A stretch of 64,000 bases of DNA from Candidatus Delongbacteria bacterium (GCA_963663545.1 OY760505.1:160001-224000); one strand, 5' to 3'; positions 1 to 10,612 are shown, numbered from the stretch's first letter. The notes: a model not told the origin generated them from the letters alone. Translations and numbers: made by a program.

Positions 1-2749
1 AGTCGATTTCACCGCTGCGCGTGCTATCTCCAAGCAAGGCAGCGGGTTGCAGCATGTAGAGCCGATGCACATCTTCGAGCGTGCTGGTTTCCTCGATCGT
101 CACACGTGTATCCGTCAGCAGATCTGGCACGGGCTCGGCGCGTATCACGGCATCTAGACTCACGCCTGCAACACGCGTCTGCCTGCCTGTGCTGGTGGTA
201 AGCGCGATGTAGTTGCCGTCGCTGTCGGGTACAAAAACCTCGGGATTGAAAGGATCCCGGCTATAATCGCCCTGCAGCGAATCGGTCTCGATGTACTGTG
301 TGATACGTTCTTGGACCAGCCGATTGTCTGCGCCGTAGGAAAGACTCCAGCTCACAAGATCACTACGCGAGCGCAACTCGAGCAGGGCCACATCGCGGAC
401 AGTATTGCTGCTGTCGGCATTCGTGTAGCGACGTACGCGATGACTCCAGTCGAGCTCACCCGAAATGGGGCCCGACACCTCCATGCGCAGACGGCTTTGG
501 TCGATGGTCACATCACGCGCCCATTCCCCTTCTTCCATCGCAAAACGACCGCGATGCGTATGTGATACATCGGCGTGCAGCCAGTTGAGCAGCTGACGAC
601 CTGCCGCAGCGCCGTATTGGGCAAAGCGTTCTCCACTCCGCAAACCGCTCGTATAATGAGTATCAAGACGTTCGGCCAGATAACTGGATTGTATCACGGC
701 GCGATGAAAATCCCATCCCAGCACAAGATCCTGTGTATGAAATCCCTGTTCCTGTGTACTGGAGCTGAGCTTGCGCCACGAACCCGTCGCCGTCATCCAC
801 GGCCCTAGCCCCGGACGTAGGCTCAACGAAGGTGCCAGGCGTCGACTTTTTGTATCACCGCGTTCAAGCTGCGTAAGGGCAAACTGCGCTTTCATACTAT
901 CTGAGCGCACTAGGCTTGTGCTCAAGTCTATGCGATCAAGCGCTTCACTACCCGATCGCGCCAACCCCCATTCCCGTTCGAACTCAACTTCGTCGGTGGC
1001 ACTCAGTGTGCGAAAATCGGCGGCTTCACGGGTCAGCCGGGCACGAGCGCCCGGGCGTCCCAGGTTGTGTTCGCCCAGTTCAAGCCGATTACCCTGCCAG
1101 CCGAAAGCGCTACGCAGGGCCACGCCCACGTTGTCTTCGTCCTCCAGTCCCGAGAGCAGGTTCAGGTCGCGATTGGAAACAGCCCCCTCTAGATCCAGGC
1201 TGAATTGCCCGAGATCAGCGTGATACACGGCATCGTACTGTTCCAACGCGGTGGGTGCTACAAGCTCGATGACCGGCGCCCAGACGCCCTGACCCTCACC
1301 CGCGAACTGGAACCAAGCATTTCCGCTGCTCGTGAAGTTGCGACTGTAGTCGCCGCGCATCAATCCCTGACTATCGTAGCCCAGTTCGGTGAAGCGCAGC
1401 TCGTAAATGAATTCTTCCGCCAAGCTATCGGGGACATCCTCGGCATATTCGTATTCACCCCATTGGCCGAGATCAGCGTTGATCAGGCGGTAATGCCCCT
1501 CACCCGGGTCAACTTCGCGCACACCGCTTCCGTAGGCCACATCGATAGAGTCGCCCACGCTTGCCAGAAGGGTGCGATCCTCGTCATCGAGAAAGCTGTC
1601 CAGCGGATCGTCCGGGTCGTCGCGCTCGCTGACCACCGCCAAGCGCAATTCCTGATTGGGTGTGGGCGTGAACCAGGCTTCTGCGCCCGTCAGCGTTCGA
1701 GCATAAATGCGCTCGCTGTACTGGTACTCCACCGCAATTCGGCTCTCTGCACTAATGGGGCGCCGCGCAGTAAAGGTCAGCTGTCCCAGCGAGTAATCCA
1801 TGATGTAGTCGCCGTTTTGTCCACGCGAAAGCGACTGACCGTCAAGCCAGACGCGCTCGCTGCCCGCCAGTACGACAATCAGATCGCTACCCTGCTCGCT
1901 CAGAAGCTGCCATGGGCCTTGAACGCCTTCGCTGCCGTTGAATTCCATGCGATGGTAACGACCGCGGGCTCCCGCCAGATGCACCCGAGCTCCGCCGTAG
2001 CGCGTACTGCGCCAGCCCGCCTGCACTCCATCGACGGTGCGCGCGTAGCGCAAATAGTCACCGCTGTTCAGGTCCAGGTCAAAATCGCCAAGAGTGGCCT
2101 CCCAGTGCGGACTGCGCAGCTTGATGTGAATGCGGTCGACCTCTTCGAGCGATTGACTGCGGCCCTCGGCCTGCACGGGCAGGTTACTGTCGCTCAGGAA
2201 GGCTTCCACGTCCACATCGCGGCCAACACAGCCCTCCACCTTCAAGCGCAATCCGGATTCCATTCCCACATCGCCACCACTGCCGATGCTGATGCCGCGC
2301 AGAAAGCTTCCGCTTGTGCGCAGACGACCGTATTCGCTATTGGTGGCAATAGCGCCTTGAACAGGAGCTTGTCGTGCGCTATCGCTGGCCAGAGTGTCGG
2401 CGCCGATCCAGGGCAGACGTGGGTATTGTTGATACTCGCCACGTAGATCCAGCCGTAGCTGACGCCAGCTAAGCTGCAATGGACTACCGAATAGTGTGGA
2501 CGTGTAGAGGCGCACGATCCCGTCAACCTCGTCCAGGCTATAATCGCGCCCCTCGATGAGTTGCCGCCCGCTTTCGCTCAGAATGAAACTGCCCGGCTCG
2601 ATGGGAACCGCCTCCACCCGCAATTCCGGTGCGCCCAACAGAATCAGCTGGTGTTCGTTGTTCAGGCTCAAAGAATCCAGCACGCTTTGCGCACAAAGGA
2701 AGGGCGCAAGGAGCACGAGCAAGAAAAGCGACAGCGCCGGCAATCTCAC
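1..2749 (-). CDS. Large exported/outer-membrane protein of a conserved FCB-type family (partial; 3' end lies beyond the window start)
   Basis: Manual minus-strand translation of the 5' part from GTG 2749, which overlaps the stop of the upstream gene (GTGA): signal peptide VRLPALSLFLLVLLAPFLCA, then LRTSGSFLRGISIG..GLRLKVEG..FLSDSNLPVQAEG..LGDF and FNGSEGVQGPWQL..VLAGSERVWLDG..DYIMDYSLGQLTF..IAVEYQYS. Its absence from the ORF track is consistent with no stop inside the window. Confidence 0.75.
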   Translation of the reverse strand, partial: MRLPALSLFLLVLLAPFLCAQSVLDSLSLNNEHQLILLGAPELRVEAVPIEPGSFILSESGRQLIEGRDYSLDEVDGIVRLYTSTLFGSPLQLSWRQLRLDLRGEYQQYPRLPWIGADTLASDSARQAPVQGAIATNSEYGRLRTSGSFLRGISIGSGGDVGMESGLRLKVEGCVGRDVDVEAFLSDSNLPVQAEGRSQSLEEVDRIHIKLRSPHWEATLGDFDLDLNSGDYLRYARTVDGVQAGWRSTRYGGARVHLAGARGRYHRMEFNGSEGVQGPWQLLSEQGSDLIVVLAGSERVWLDGQSLSRGQNGDYIMDYSLGQLTFTARRPISAESRIAVEYQYSERIYARTLTGAEAWFTPTPNQELRLAVVSERDDPDDPLDSFLDDEDRTLLASVGDSIDVAYGSGVREVDPGEGHYRLINADLGQWGEYEYAEDVPDSLAEEFIYELRFTELGYDSQGLMRGDYSRNFTSSGNAWFQFAGEGQGVWAPVIELVAPTALEQYDAVYHADLGQFSLDLEGAVSNRDLNLLSGLEDEDNVGVALRSAFGWQGNRLELGEHNLGRPGARARLTREAADFRTLSATDEVEFEREWGLARSGSEALDRIDLSTSLVRSDSMKAQFALTQLERGDTKSRRLAPSLSLRPGLGPWMTATGSWRKLSSSTQEQGFHTQDLVLGWDFHRAVIQSSYLAERLDTHYTSGLRSGERFAQYGAAAGRQLLNWLHADVSHTHRGRFAMEEGEWARDVTIDQSRLRMEVSGPISGELDWSHRVRRYTNADSSNTVRDVALLELRSRSDLVSWSLSYGADNRLVQERITQYIETDSLQGDYSRDPFNPEVFVPDSDGNYIALTTSTGRQTRVAGVSLDAVIRAEPVPDLLTDTRVTIEETSTLEDVHRLYMLQPAALLGDSTRSGEID

Positions 2750-3636
2750 GGGTGAACTTGCTCCTGGGAATCGGTGTGGGTTTTTGGACTGGGCACCAAT
2801 CGTGGCTCTTCTCCATGCAGCACCAGCAACAAACCGCCCGGCAAGAGCAGAAAATCGCGCACCTGCGCCTTCGGGGAGGGACACGTGTAGCACACGGGAA
2901 GCTCGCTACAAGTAACAGGCAAGCCATCGGCAAGCAGGGCACCCTCGAGCCGATGCAGGCGGAGGCTATCCGTAGACTGAACGGCGAACAGCAAACTGCG
3001 GTTATCCAGGCTGCGATGAACACTACTGAGGTAGGGCCAAGCGCGTGTTTGTCGTCGGGCGGCGTCGCAGCTCGTCAGGGCAAGTTCAGCATCCTGTCCC
3101 TTTCCGCGCACCAAAAGCACCGTCTCGCCCAGGCATTCCAGTGCCCTCAAGCGGCCCGCGAAATCGGCATCGCGACTATCCCAGAGTGGGCGCCACTGAT
3201 CGAGATTATCCAGTAACAACACACCCCCGCGGCGACGATCCGCCAACACCAGCAGTCGCGTATCCGAAAGTGCCAATAGATCCGCCCCTAGAAAGTCGGG
3301 GCTAAGGGATGCGGGCCAGCGTACTTCGCCCTGAAGTGTCAGATGTGCGTCCAACCGACAAACGCGGTCGTTGTCGCGGTCCGCCAGTAGTGTCGCTACG
3401 CCCAATCGTGCGTCGGCCTCGCTCGGACTGCGGTAGCCTTCGCGCGAGCCACTGCCTCCGCTGCGCGACAGGATCTTAGCCTCATAGGAAAGCACCAGGA
3501 TCTCATCGCTCTGGGCACTGATTGCCAGAATGCGATTGCCAGCAATTGCCTCAACGGAATAGAGTTCAGGCAGCTCAGCGCCACGCGCTGGCATCAAGCA
3601 GACAAGGAGTGCAAGAAACAAGTACAGAACGGGCAT
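2746..3636 (-). CDS. Exported hypothetical protein, possibly a degenerate NHL/beta-propeller
   Basis: ORF track 2746..3660; likely start MPVLYLFLALLVCL (signal peptide); LLADRDNDRV and LVLADRRRG propeller-like motifs; translationally coupled to the next gene. Confidence 0.6.
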   Translation of the reverse strand: MPVLYLFLALLVCLMPARGAELPELYSVEAIAGNRILAISAQSDEILVLSYEAKILSRSGGSGSREGYRSPSEADARLGVATLLADRDNDRVCRLDAHLTLQGEVRWPASLSPDFLGADLLALSDTRLLVLADRRRGGVLLLDNLDQWRPLWDSRDADFAGRLRALECLGETVLLVRGKGQDAELALTSCDAARRQTRAWPYLSSVHRSLDNRSLLFAVQSTDSLRLHRLEGALLADGLPVTCSELPVCYTCPSPKAQVRDFLLLPGGLLLVLHGEEPRLVPSPKTHTDSQEQVHP

Positions 3637-3797
3637 CGCGAGGTTCTCCTGGTGAACCAAAGTACCAGACTGGATTCAGCAGCGCCAGCGTAGTGTTACG
3701 CAGCAGGATAAAGCTGTAGAAAATACGACGGGAAATGCAGGAAGCCGGGACGAACCCTTGCGAATCATTCCTCATTCGCTAAATTCAGGGCTCTTGT

Positions 3798-3870
3798 GGG
3801 GCTGTAGCTCAGTTGGGAGAGCGAAGCGTTCGCAATGCTTAGGTCGGGAGTTCGAGCCTCCTCAGCTCCA
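3798..3870 (+). tRNA. tRNA-Ala(CGC)
   Basis: GGGGCTG..CAGCTCC-A acceptor stem, TAGCTCAGTTGGGAGAGC D arm, AAGCG-TTCGCAA-TGCTT anticodon arm, GTTCGAG T loop. Confidence 0.95.
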
Positions 3871-4000
3871 CTACAATGTCCGTTAGCGCGGACATTGTTG
3901 CTTTTTGCAGGCCCCGCCACGGGGAAACAGCTTTCTGATTCGATATCACCACGTTATATTCTGCATTCCTGACGAACCGCACTAACACCTGGAGTCGCGC

Positions 4001-6187
4001 ATGGATGCCTACGCCCTGCTCTGCGAAAATCGCCACCACGACCCATATGAGTTTCTTGGCCAGCACCCCCTGGACGAGGGATGGGTACTGCGCGTCTGGG
4101 CTCCCGAATGCCGTAGCGTCGCGCTGCTGCAAAAGGCGCGAGGTGGCAAGCTCAAAGCACTGGATCTCGCTGCCGACAAATCGCGTCCCGGTCTTTTTGA
4201 GATCCAGTTGGAGGCCCGTCTGGAGCCACGCGACGCGCACTTGCGCTACACGGCGCACACGGGCGACAGTTGGGAAGCCATTACGCCTTACATCTTCGAT
4301 CCGCTATTGGGCGACCTTGATCTGCATTTGATTGGCGAGGGCCGCCATCTGCGTCTCTGGGAAATCCTGGGTGCGCACCATGTATCGCATCAAGGAGTCG
4401 AAGGCGTGCGTTTTGCCGTTTGGGCGCCTACGGCCAATGGCGTGAGCGTGGTTGGTGAATTCAATCACTGGAACGGCCGCCGACATCCCATGCGCGCGCG
4501 CGGTGCCAGCGGCGTATGGGAGCTCTTCTATCCCGGCCTTTGCCCCGGCGATCTCTACCGTTTTGAGATTCATGGCGCCGACAGCCAGATTCACATCAAG
4601 AGCGATCCCATGGCGCGCTGTTCGGAGCTGCGTCCCAGCAACGCATCCCGCGTGGCTGCCAAACGCCAACACCAGTGGAAGGATGACGAATGGATCACTC
4701 GTCGACGCAGCAGTGATCCGCTGAATCGCCCCATCTCCATTTATGAAGTGCACATGGGAAGCTGGCGCCACCCCTGGGATGGCCGCAGCTTTCACAATTA
4801 CCGCGAGCTGGGCGGCATGCTGGTGGAGTATTTGCGCGAGATGAATTTCACCCATGTAGAGCTGATGCCGGTGATGGAACATCCGCTAGATGCCTCCTGG
4901 GGATATCAGGTCACGGGTTACTTCTGCCCCACTAGTCGCTACGGCAGCGCCGATGATCTGCGTGCTATGGTGGATGAGCTGCACCAGGCGGGATTTGGTG
5001 TGATCCTGGATTGGGTCCCCGCGCATTTTCCAAAGGACGCACATGGCCTGCGCCGCTTCGATGGTAGCCCGCTGTACGAGCACGCCGATCCGCGACAGGG
5101 CGAGCACCCGGACTGGGGTACGATGGTCTTCAACTTCGGCCGCAATGAGGTGCGCAATTTCCTCATCTCAAATGCCTTGTATTGGGTTGAGGAATTTCAC
5201 ATTGACGGTCTACGCGTCGACGCCGTTGCCTCCATGCTCTACCTCGACTACAGCCGCAAGGAGGGCGAGTGGGTGTCCAACCGCTTTGGCGGCCGCGAAA
5301 ACCTGGAAGCCATTGAGTTTCTGCGCGAATACAACAGCACGCTCTTTCGCGAACACCCGGGCATACTCTCCATCGCCGAAGAAAGCACCTCCTGGCCCGG
5401 TGTATCACGCCCCGTCCATCTGGGCGGCCTGGGCTTCAACTACAAGTGGAACATGGGCTGGATGAACGACACCCTGTCCTACATGCAGAAGGACCCGGTG
5501 CATCGTCGTTTTCACCACAATCTGCTGAGCTTCTCAATGGTCTACGCCTGGACGGAAAATTTCCATCTGGTTTTGAGCCACGACGAAGTGGTACACGGCA
5601 AGGGCAGCCTGCTGAGTAAAATGCCCGGCGACGAGTGGCAGCGATTCGCCAACCTGCGTCTGCTCTACGGCTGGATGTGGGCGCACCCGGGCCGGAAGCT
5701 GCTGTTCATGGGCGGCGAGCTGGCCCAGTGGCAGGAATGGCAGGACGAGGGTGAGCTGAACTGGAGCCTCCTGCAGAGTGAACCGCACGCGGGTGTGCAA
5801 AACCTGGTGCGGGATCTGAACCGTCTCATGCAGCAAGAGGCATCTCTGTGGCAATGCGACCTGAGTCCCGAAGGCTTCCGCTGGATCAATGTGCACGACG
5901 CAGAGAACAGCACCTTTGCCTTTGTGCGCATGGCCGGGGATCCGGCAGATCATCTGGTGGTGGTGGCCAACTTCACTCCTGTTCCTCGCACAACTCGCTA
6001 CATCGGCGTTCCCCACGAGGGCGCCTACGACGAGGTTTTGAACACCGACGCTGCAGTTTACGGTGGCAGCAATCTGGGCAACGGCGGACGGGTGTGGGCG
6101 GAGCGCACGGCCTGGGACGGTTTCCCCTGCAGGCTGTGTATCACACTTCCTCCGTTGGCGATGCTCATTTTTAAACCGGGACACTAG
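4001..6187 (+). CDS. glgB: 1,4-alpha-glucan branching enzyme
   Basis: FAVWAP, IYEVHMGSW, SWGYQ, DWVPAHF, GLRVDAVASM, AEEST and SHDEVVHGKGSL GH13 motifs; 728 aa. Confidence 0.97.
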   Translation: MDAYALLCENRHHDPYEFLGQHPLDEGWVLRVWAPECRSVALLQKARGGKLKALDLAADKSRPGLFEIQLEARLEPRDAHLRYTAHTGDSWEAITPYIFDPLLGDLDLHLIGEGRHLRLWEILGAHHVSHQGVEGVRFAVWAPTANGVSVVGEFNHWNGRRHPMRARGASGVWELFYPGLCPGDLYRFEIHGADSQIHIKSDPMARCSELRPSNASRVAAKRQHQWKDDEWITRRRSSDPLNRPISIYEVHMGSWRHPWDGRSFHNYRELGGMLVEYLREMNFTHVELMPVMEHPLDASWGYQVTGYFCPTSRYGSADDLRAMVDELHQAGFGVILDWVPAHFPKDAHGLRRFDGSPLYEHADPRQGEHPDWGTMVFNFGRNEVRNFLISNALYWVEEFHIDGLRVDAVASMLYLDYSRKEGEWVSNRFGGRENLEAIEFLREYNSTLFREHPGILSIAEESTSWPGVSRPVHLGGLGFNYKWNMGWMNDTLSYMQKDPVHRRFHHNLLSFSMVYAWTENFHLVLSHDEVVHGKGSLLSKMPGDEWQRFANLRLLYGWMWAHPGRKLLFMGGELAQWQEWQDEGELNWSLLQSEPHAGVQNLVRDLNRLMQQEASLWQCDLSPEGFRWINVHDAENSTFAFVRMAGDPADHLVVVANFTPVPRTTRYIGVPHEGAYDEVLNTDAAVYGGSNLGNGGRVWAERTAWDGFPCRLCITLPPLAMLIFKPGH

Positions 6188-6209
6188 TTTGCTGAAGTGG
6201 CGCAGAGAT

Positions 6210-9200
6210 GTGGCGCGCGTTCGCCCGCCCCTGCTGCCGGCGGTACTTTTCTGCTTGCTGGCACTGACAGGCGTACTGCGCGCCTCCACCGAAGCCGTGC
6301 TGGTGCTGCACTCCTATTATCCCGACTACGTCTGGACCCAACAGCTCAACAAGGGCATCAGTGACATCCTGAATGCGCGAGCCAATCTTGAGCTTTACTA
6401 CGAATACCTGGACTCGCGCCGTCGCTCTGATGACGAACTGAAGCGCGACTACTACAACCTGCTACAGCGCAAGTACAGCAACGTGCAGCTCAAAGCAATC
6501 ATTGCCTGTGATAACTCTGCACTGGCTTTTCTGAAACGCTACCCCGATCTCTTGCCCGGCGTGCCACTCGTTTTCTGTGGCATCAACAATTACAGAGCAG
6601 AACTACTGGCCGACGACCGCCCGAGTACAGGAACGGCAGAAGTGCTGAAGATCCGCGAAACGGTGGAGCTTGCCCTTTCCCTTCACACTGGATGCAAGCG
6701 TGTGATTCTGATCAGCGATCACCACGTACTGACGGCGCAGCTCACCGAAGAAGAGGCGCGCAAACAGCTCGCTCCGTTGGCGGATCGTATCACGCTGGAA
6801 CAGGTGCCCGATCTCCCCTTTCCTGCCATGTTGCGTTGGCTGCAGAAGCAGTCGACAGAGGATACCATTGCACTGATGCTGCTCTACAGCAAGGATAGTG
6901 ACGGACGTAACCTGCCCGTCATTTTTGCAATGGACCGTATCCGCGAGGCTTGCCCTGTGCCGATCTACGCGGTTTGGGATTTCTATCTGGGCCATGGACC
7001 GGTTGGCGGAGTGATGCTTAGCGGCTATGAAACGGGACGCGACGCTGGCCGGCGCACATTGAATCTGCTCCTCGGGCGTGATACATCCACCATGCCCATC
7101 GATACACTGGAGGCCAGCCATCTCTGTTTCGACTGGGAAACTCTGCAAGCCTTGAATATCCCACCCCATCTGCTGCCGCCACAGGCGCACATCGAAGGAC
7201 GCCCGCGCAGCCTGGCTGAGCGTTTGGGGATCTGGTATTACATCCTGCTTGGTGTGCTGGCCCTTGAGACCCTGCTGGTTACGGCTCTGATCAGCATGAC
7301 TCTGCAACGTAGACGCACCATGGCGGGATTGCAACTGAGGCAGTTCATCGTCGATCAGGCAGACTTCCCCATTCTGGTCGTCGATCGCTACGGGCGCATC
7401 CAGTTCATCAATCACAGCGCCTGCCAAGTTCTGGGCTATCTGCGCGATCAACTACTGGACAAGCACATCAGCCTTGTGTCGCCAGAAGTCGACTTCTCGC
7501 CGGAACGCTTCCCCACCACCTATGAAGAGACCGTCAGCCATAGTGAAGTGGGGCGCACCACCTTCCTGCGAAACCGCCAAGGGCGCGATCTGCGCTATCG
7601 CCTGAGAATGGCGCCCATCAAACGCGGTTCCGAAACCCTATGCTCCATAACCGCCATCGACCAGCGTGACCTGCAGCGTCAACTGGAAGTGCTGCAATAC
7701 GCGTTGAAGCACGCCGAGCTGGGCATCATGCTCTGTCACAAAGACGGCAGCATTTTCTACGCCAATGATATGCTCTGCACTCTCACCGGTCGCGATCGAG
7801 AAGAGCTTCTGCACCAACAAGTCAGCCAGCTGGATCCCCGCATCAGCGAAGGCTGGGTAGATCGCCAGTGGAAGCATCTGCGTCGCCAAGGCGTGTTACG
7901 CATGCAGATGAAGCGCAACGTGCCGCAACCCGGCAAGGGCCGCTGCGAATTGTGGCTCGAAATCACCATCAATTACGTGCAGATGGAAGAGTCGGAGTTT
8001 GCCTGTGTGTTCTTGCGCGACGAAAGCGCAAGCAAAGCGAGCGAACAAAGTCTGCGTTTACTGGCCGCCAAGAAAAGTCGTATTCAACGGGCTGCGCGCC
8101 TGGGTGATTTCACAATTGACATGGAAAAGCGCATGGCGACTCTTTCCGAGGTCGCCGCCGAGCTCTTCGGCTTTGAGGACAAGCCCGGAACTTACCCGCT
8201 GGAGGAATTGACACGGCGCGTCCATCCGGCAGACCTCGAAATGATCCAGCAATTCTTGTCGCTGCCACGCGAAGAGGGTGTACTGGAAATTCCGCCGCAC
8301 CGCGTGTTCAGCGCCACGCAAGGCGAGGTCTGGCTGCGAATGCGTGGACGTATCTGCCGCGACGCTGCAGGTAAAATAGTCTCTGTCGAGGGCAGCCTGC
8401 AGGACATCACGGCGCAGATTCTCACGGAACAGGATCTGCGCAGACAGCACGATTTCTGTGTTTCACTGGTCGAGACACTGCCTCTGGGGGTCAGCGTGAA
8501 GGACTTGCGCCGCGATCTGGCCTATACTGTTTGGAACGCGGAAATGGCGCGTATCACGGGCAGAAGCGCAGGCCAGGTACTGGGCCGCAAAGACGAGGAG
8601 CTGCATAGCGAGGTCCTGGCCCGACGTATGCGACGCGAGGATTTGCGGCTGCTGGAAGCGGGTAACGCAAAGACCGAACGTACTCTTGACCTGTCGACAG
8701 AGAAGGGAACCCGCATCGTTCATCGCACGCGCATTCCGCTGCTGGATGCGCAGGGTGTTCCCACGGCGCTGATCACGCTTCTACAGGATGTCAGCGAACA
8801 GGTGACACAGGAGCGGGCGGAACGTGGCAGCGAAAAGATGCGCGCCCTGGAACAGCTCGCCAGCGGTGTATCACGCAACGGTGGTGAGCAGTTCAAGGCC
8901 ATTCTTGGCTACGCCACGCTCCTGGAAGAGGAGCTGACGGAGCAGCGTATGCGCGATTACGCCAGTGCCATTGTTCATGCCTCGCAACAGGGTGCCGATT
9001 TCACGCGTCTATTACAGGCCTTTGCCCTGGATGCAAAACGCATGCAGGTTCACGTGGACATGCACCGACTCCTGCACGATACTCTGCGCACTTTTAGCGA
9101 GGAGTTGCGTCCCGGTATTGTGCTACAGCAGTTTCTCAAGGCCGAGGACGCACGCATTCTTGGAGATCCGGATCAGCTGCAGCTGGTATTGCAAAGCCTG

Positions 9201-9950
9201 CTGAGAAATGCCGTGGAAGCGCTTCCAGCCACCGGACGGGTCACGATGACGAGCGAGGTAGTGAGCATTAGCGCCAGCGACGCGCAGCGATTGTTCGGGG
9301 AAGAAATGAACCCGGGCCGCTACTTCAAACTTTGTATCACAGACACGGGTTCGGGAATCGAACAGGAGGTACGCGGCAGGATTTTTGAGCCCTTCTTCAG
9401 CACCCGTGACCCGCAACTCCATCTTGGCCTTGGCCTGGCCGCTGTGCGCGGCTGGGTCGGCGATCACGGCGGCTACATTCACGTCTACAGTGAAGTGGAT
9501 CACGGCAGCAGCTTCTCGCTCTACCTGCCGCTGGCAACCCAGACAAGCTTGATGCAGGGAACTCAGGTCACCCATCGCCCGGGACGCATTTTGCTAGTGG
9601 ACGACGAGGAGTTGGCGCGCACGACCTATAGCCGTATGCTGGAACGCCTCGGCTACGAAGTGGAAGCCTATGCGGACCCGCACAAGGCGCTGTTGCACTA
9701 CGAAAACTCGCCCGAGACCTTTGCGCTGGTGGTGCTCGATATGGTTATGCCGGGGCTTTCGGGCAAAGAGTGCTTCGACCGCATCAAAGCGCACAATGAA
9801 ACACAACCCATTCTTCTGATCTCCGGGTTTGCCCTTGACGGCGACATGCGCAAAATGCTGAGCCAAGGGCTGGATGGCTATTTGCAGAAACCCATTACCG
9901 GCGAGATTCTGTCCCGCAAAGTGGCTTCCATCCTGGGCAGCGACGAGTAA
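6210..9950 (+). CDS. Membrane hybrid sensor kinase-like protein (ABC-type periplasmic binding domain, multiple PAS, HATPase, receiver); phospho-acceptor His absent
   Basis: VLVLHSY periplasmic domain, TM helix, about four PAS domains, N/G1/F/G2 boxes (RNAVEA, DTGSGI, IFEPFFST, GLGLA), receiver VDDE..DMVMPG..KP. The H-box reads LASGVSRNGGE. Start chosen at GTG 6210. Confidence 0.88.
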   Translation: MARVRPPLLPAVLFCLLALTGVLRASTEAVLVLHSYYPDYVWTQQLNKGISDILNARANLELYYEYLDSRRRSDDELKRDYYNLLQRKYSNVQLKAIIACDNSALAFLKRYPDLLPGVPLVFCGINNYRAELLADDRPSTGTAEVLKIRETVELALSLHTGCKRVILISDHHVLTAQLTEEEARKQLAPLADRITLEQVPDLPFPAMLRWLQKQSTEDTIALMLLYSKDSDGRNLPVIFAMDRIREACPVPIYAVWDFYLGHGPVGGVMLSGYETGRDAGRRTLNLLLGRDTSTMPIDTLEASHLCFDWETLQALNIPPHLLPPQAHIEGRPRSLAERLGIWYYILLGVLALETLLVTALISMTLQRRRTMAGLQLRQFIVDQADFPILVVDRYGRIQFINHSACQVLGYLRDQLLDKHISLVSPEVDFSPERFPTTYEETVSHSEVGRTTFLRNRQGRDLRYRLRMAPIKRGSETLCSITAIDQRDLQRQLEVLQYALKHAELGIMLCHKDGSIFYANDMLCTLTGRDREELLHQQVSQLDPRISEGWVDRQWKHLRRQGVLRMQMKRNVPQPGKGRCELWLEITINYVQMEESEFACVFLRDESASKASEQSLRLLAAKKSRIQRAARLGDFTIDMEKRMATLSEVAAELFGFEDKPGTYPLEELTRRVHPADLEMIQQFLSLPREEGVLEIPPHRVFSATQGEVWLRMRGRICRDAAGKIVSVEGSLQDITAQILTEQDLRRQHDFCVSLVETLPLGVSVKDLRRDLAYTVWNAEMARITGRSAGQVLGRKDEELHSEVLARRMRREDLRLLEAGNAKTERTLDLSTEKGTRIVHRTRIPLLDAQGVPTALITLLQDVSEQVTQERAERGSEKMRALEQLASGVSRNGGEQFKAILGYATLLEEELTEQRMRDYASAIVHASQQGADFTRLLQAFALDAKRMQVHVDMHRLLHDTLRTFSEELRPGIVLQQFLKAEDARILGDPDQLQLVLQSLLRNAVEALPATGRVTMTSEVVSISASDAQRLFGEEMNPGRYFKLCITDTGSGIEQEVRGRIFEPFFSTRDPQLHLGLGLAAVRGWVGDHGGYIHVYSEVDHGSSFSLYLPLATQTSLMQGTQVTHRPGRILLVDDEELARTTYSRMLERLGYEVEAYADPHKALLHYENSPETFALVVLDMVMPGLSGKECFDRIKAHNETQPILLISGFALDGDMRKMLSQGLDGYLQKPITGEILSRKVASILGSDE

Positions 9951-10042
9951 AGCACAAAAAGTCGATCCGATTTCCTCCAAAGACTTGCAATCCCGCTTTA
10001 AGCCTCTATCTTTCTCGGCTTCTTTTTCAAACGGATGGACGA

Positions 10043-10612
10043 ATGGGAACTTTGCTTGACTCGCTGCCGGTGTGGGCACTGGCACTGACCATCTTCTCGC
10101 TGCGTGTGGTGGACATGTCCCTGGGAACCCTGCGAACCATCGCAGTGGTCAACGGGCGCATTCGCACTTCCTTCTTTTTGGGCATGATCGAGGTCACAGT
10201 CTGGATCGTGGCCATCTCAGGCGTGATCTCAAAACTGAGCACTCAGCCCATTCTCCCGCTCTTCTACGCCCTGGGTTTCGCCACCGGAAACGCGGTTGGC
10301 ATTCTGCTGGATCGCCGTCTGGCCTTTGGCAGCGTAGTCTTGCGTATCATCGCCAACGACCGCGGCGAAGAAATGGCTGACCGCATACGCGAGGCGGGTC
10401 AGAAGGTCACAACGTTTACTGGCCAGGGACGCGACGGCGAGCGCACCATGATTTACGTCATTTGCCTGCGTCGTGAATTACCCAGACTGCTCGATGTCGC
10501 CTCCACCGTGGATCCGCAGATGTTCTACGTGGTGGAACCCGCTTCTGCATCCAATGCCAGCCGCGACGTGATGCAGCCTTCCGGGTGGCGTGCTCGCTTC
10601 AAGAAGAAGTAA
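10043..10612 (+). CDS. UPF0316/DUF2179 family membrane protein
   Basis: RVVDMSLGTLRTI, FYALGFATGNAVG, T.FTGQGRDGER, DPQMFY motifs. Confidence 0.85.
   Translation: MGTLLDSLPVWALALTIFSLRVVDMSLGTLRTIAVVNGRIRTSFFLGMIEVTVWIVAISGVISKLSTQPILPLFYALGFATGNAVGILLDRRLAFGSVVLRIIANDRGEEMADRIREAGQKVTTFTGQGRDGERTMIYVICLRRELPRLLDVASTVDPQMFYVVEPASASNASRDVMQPSGWRARFKKK

Noticed and set aside
1205-2446. 413-aa + strand ORF (likewise 37893-38972, 43277-44380 and 56647-57960)
   Set aside because: Antisense shadows of well-supported minus-strand genes in GC-rich DNA.
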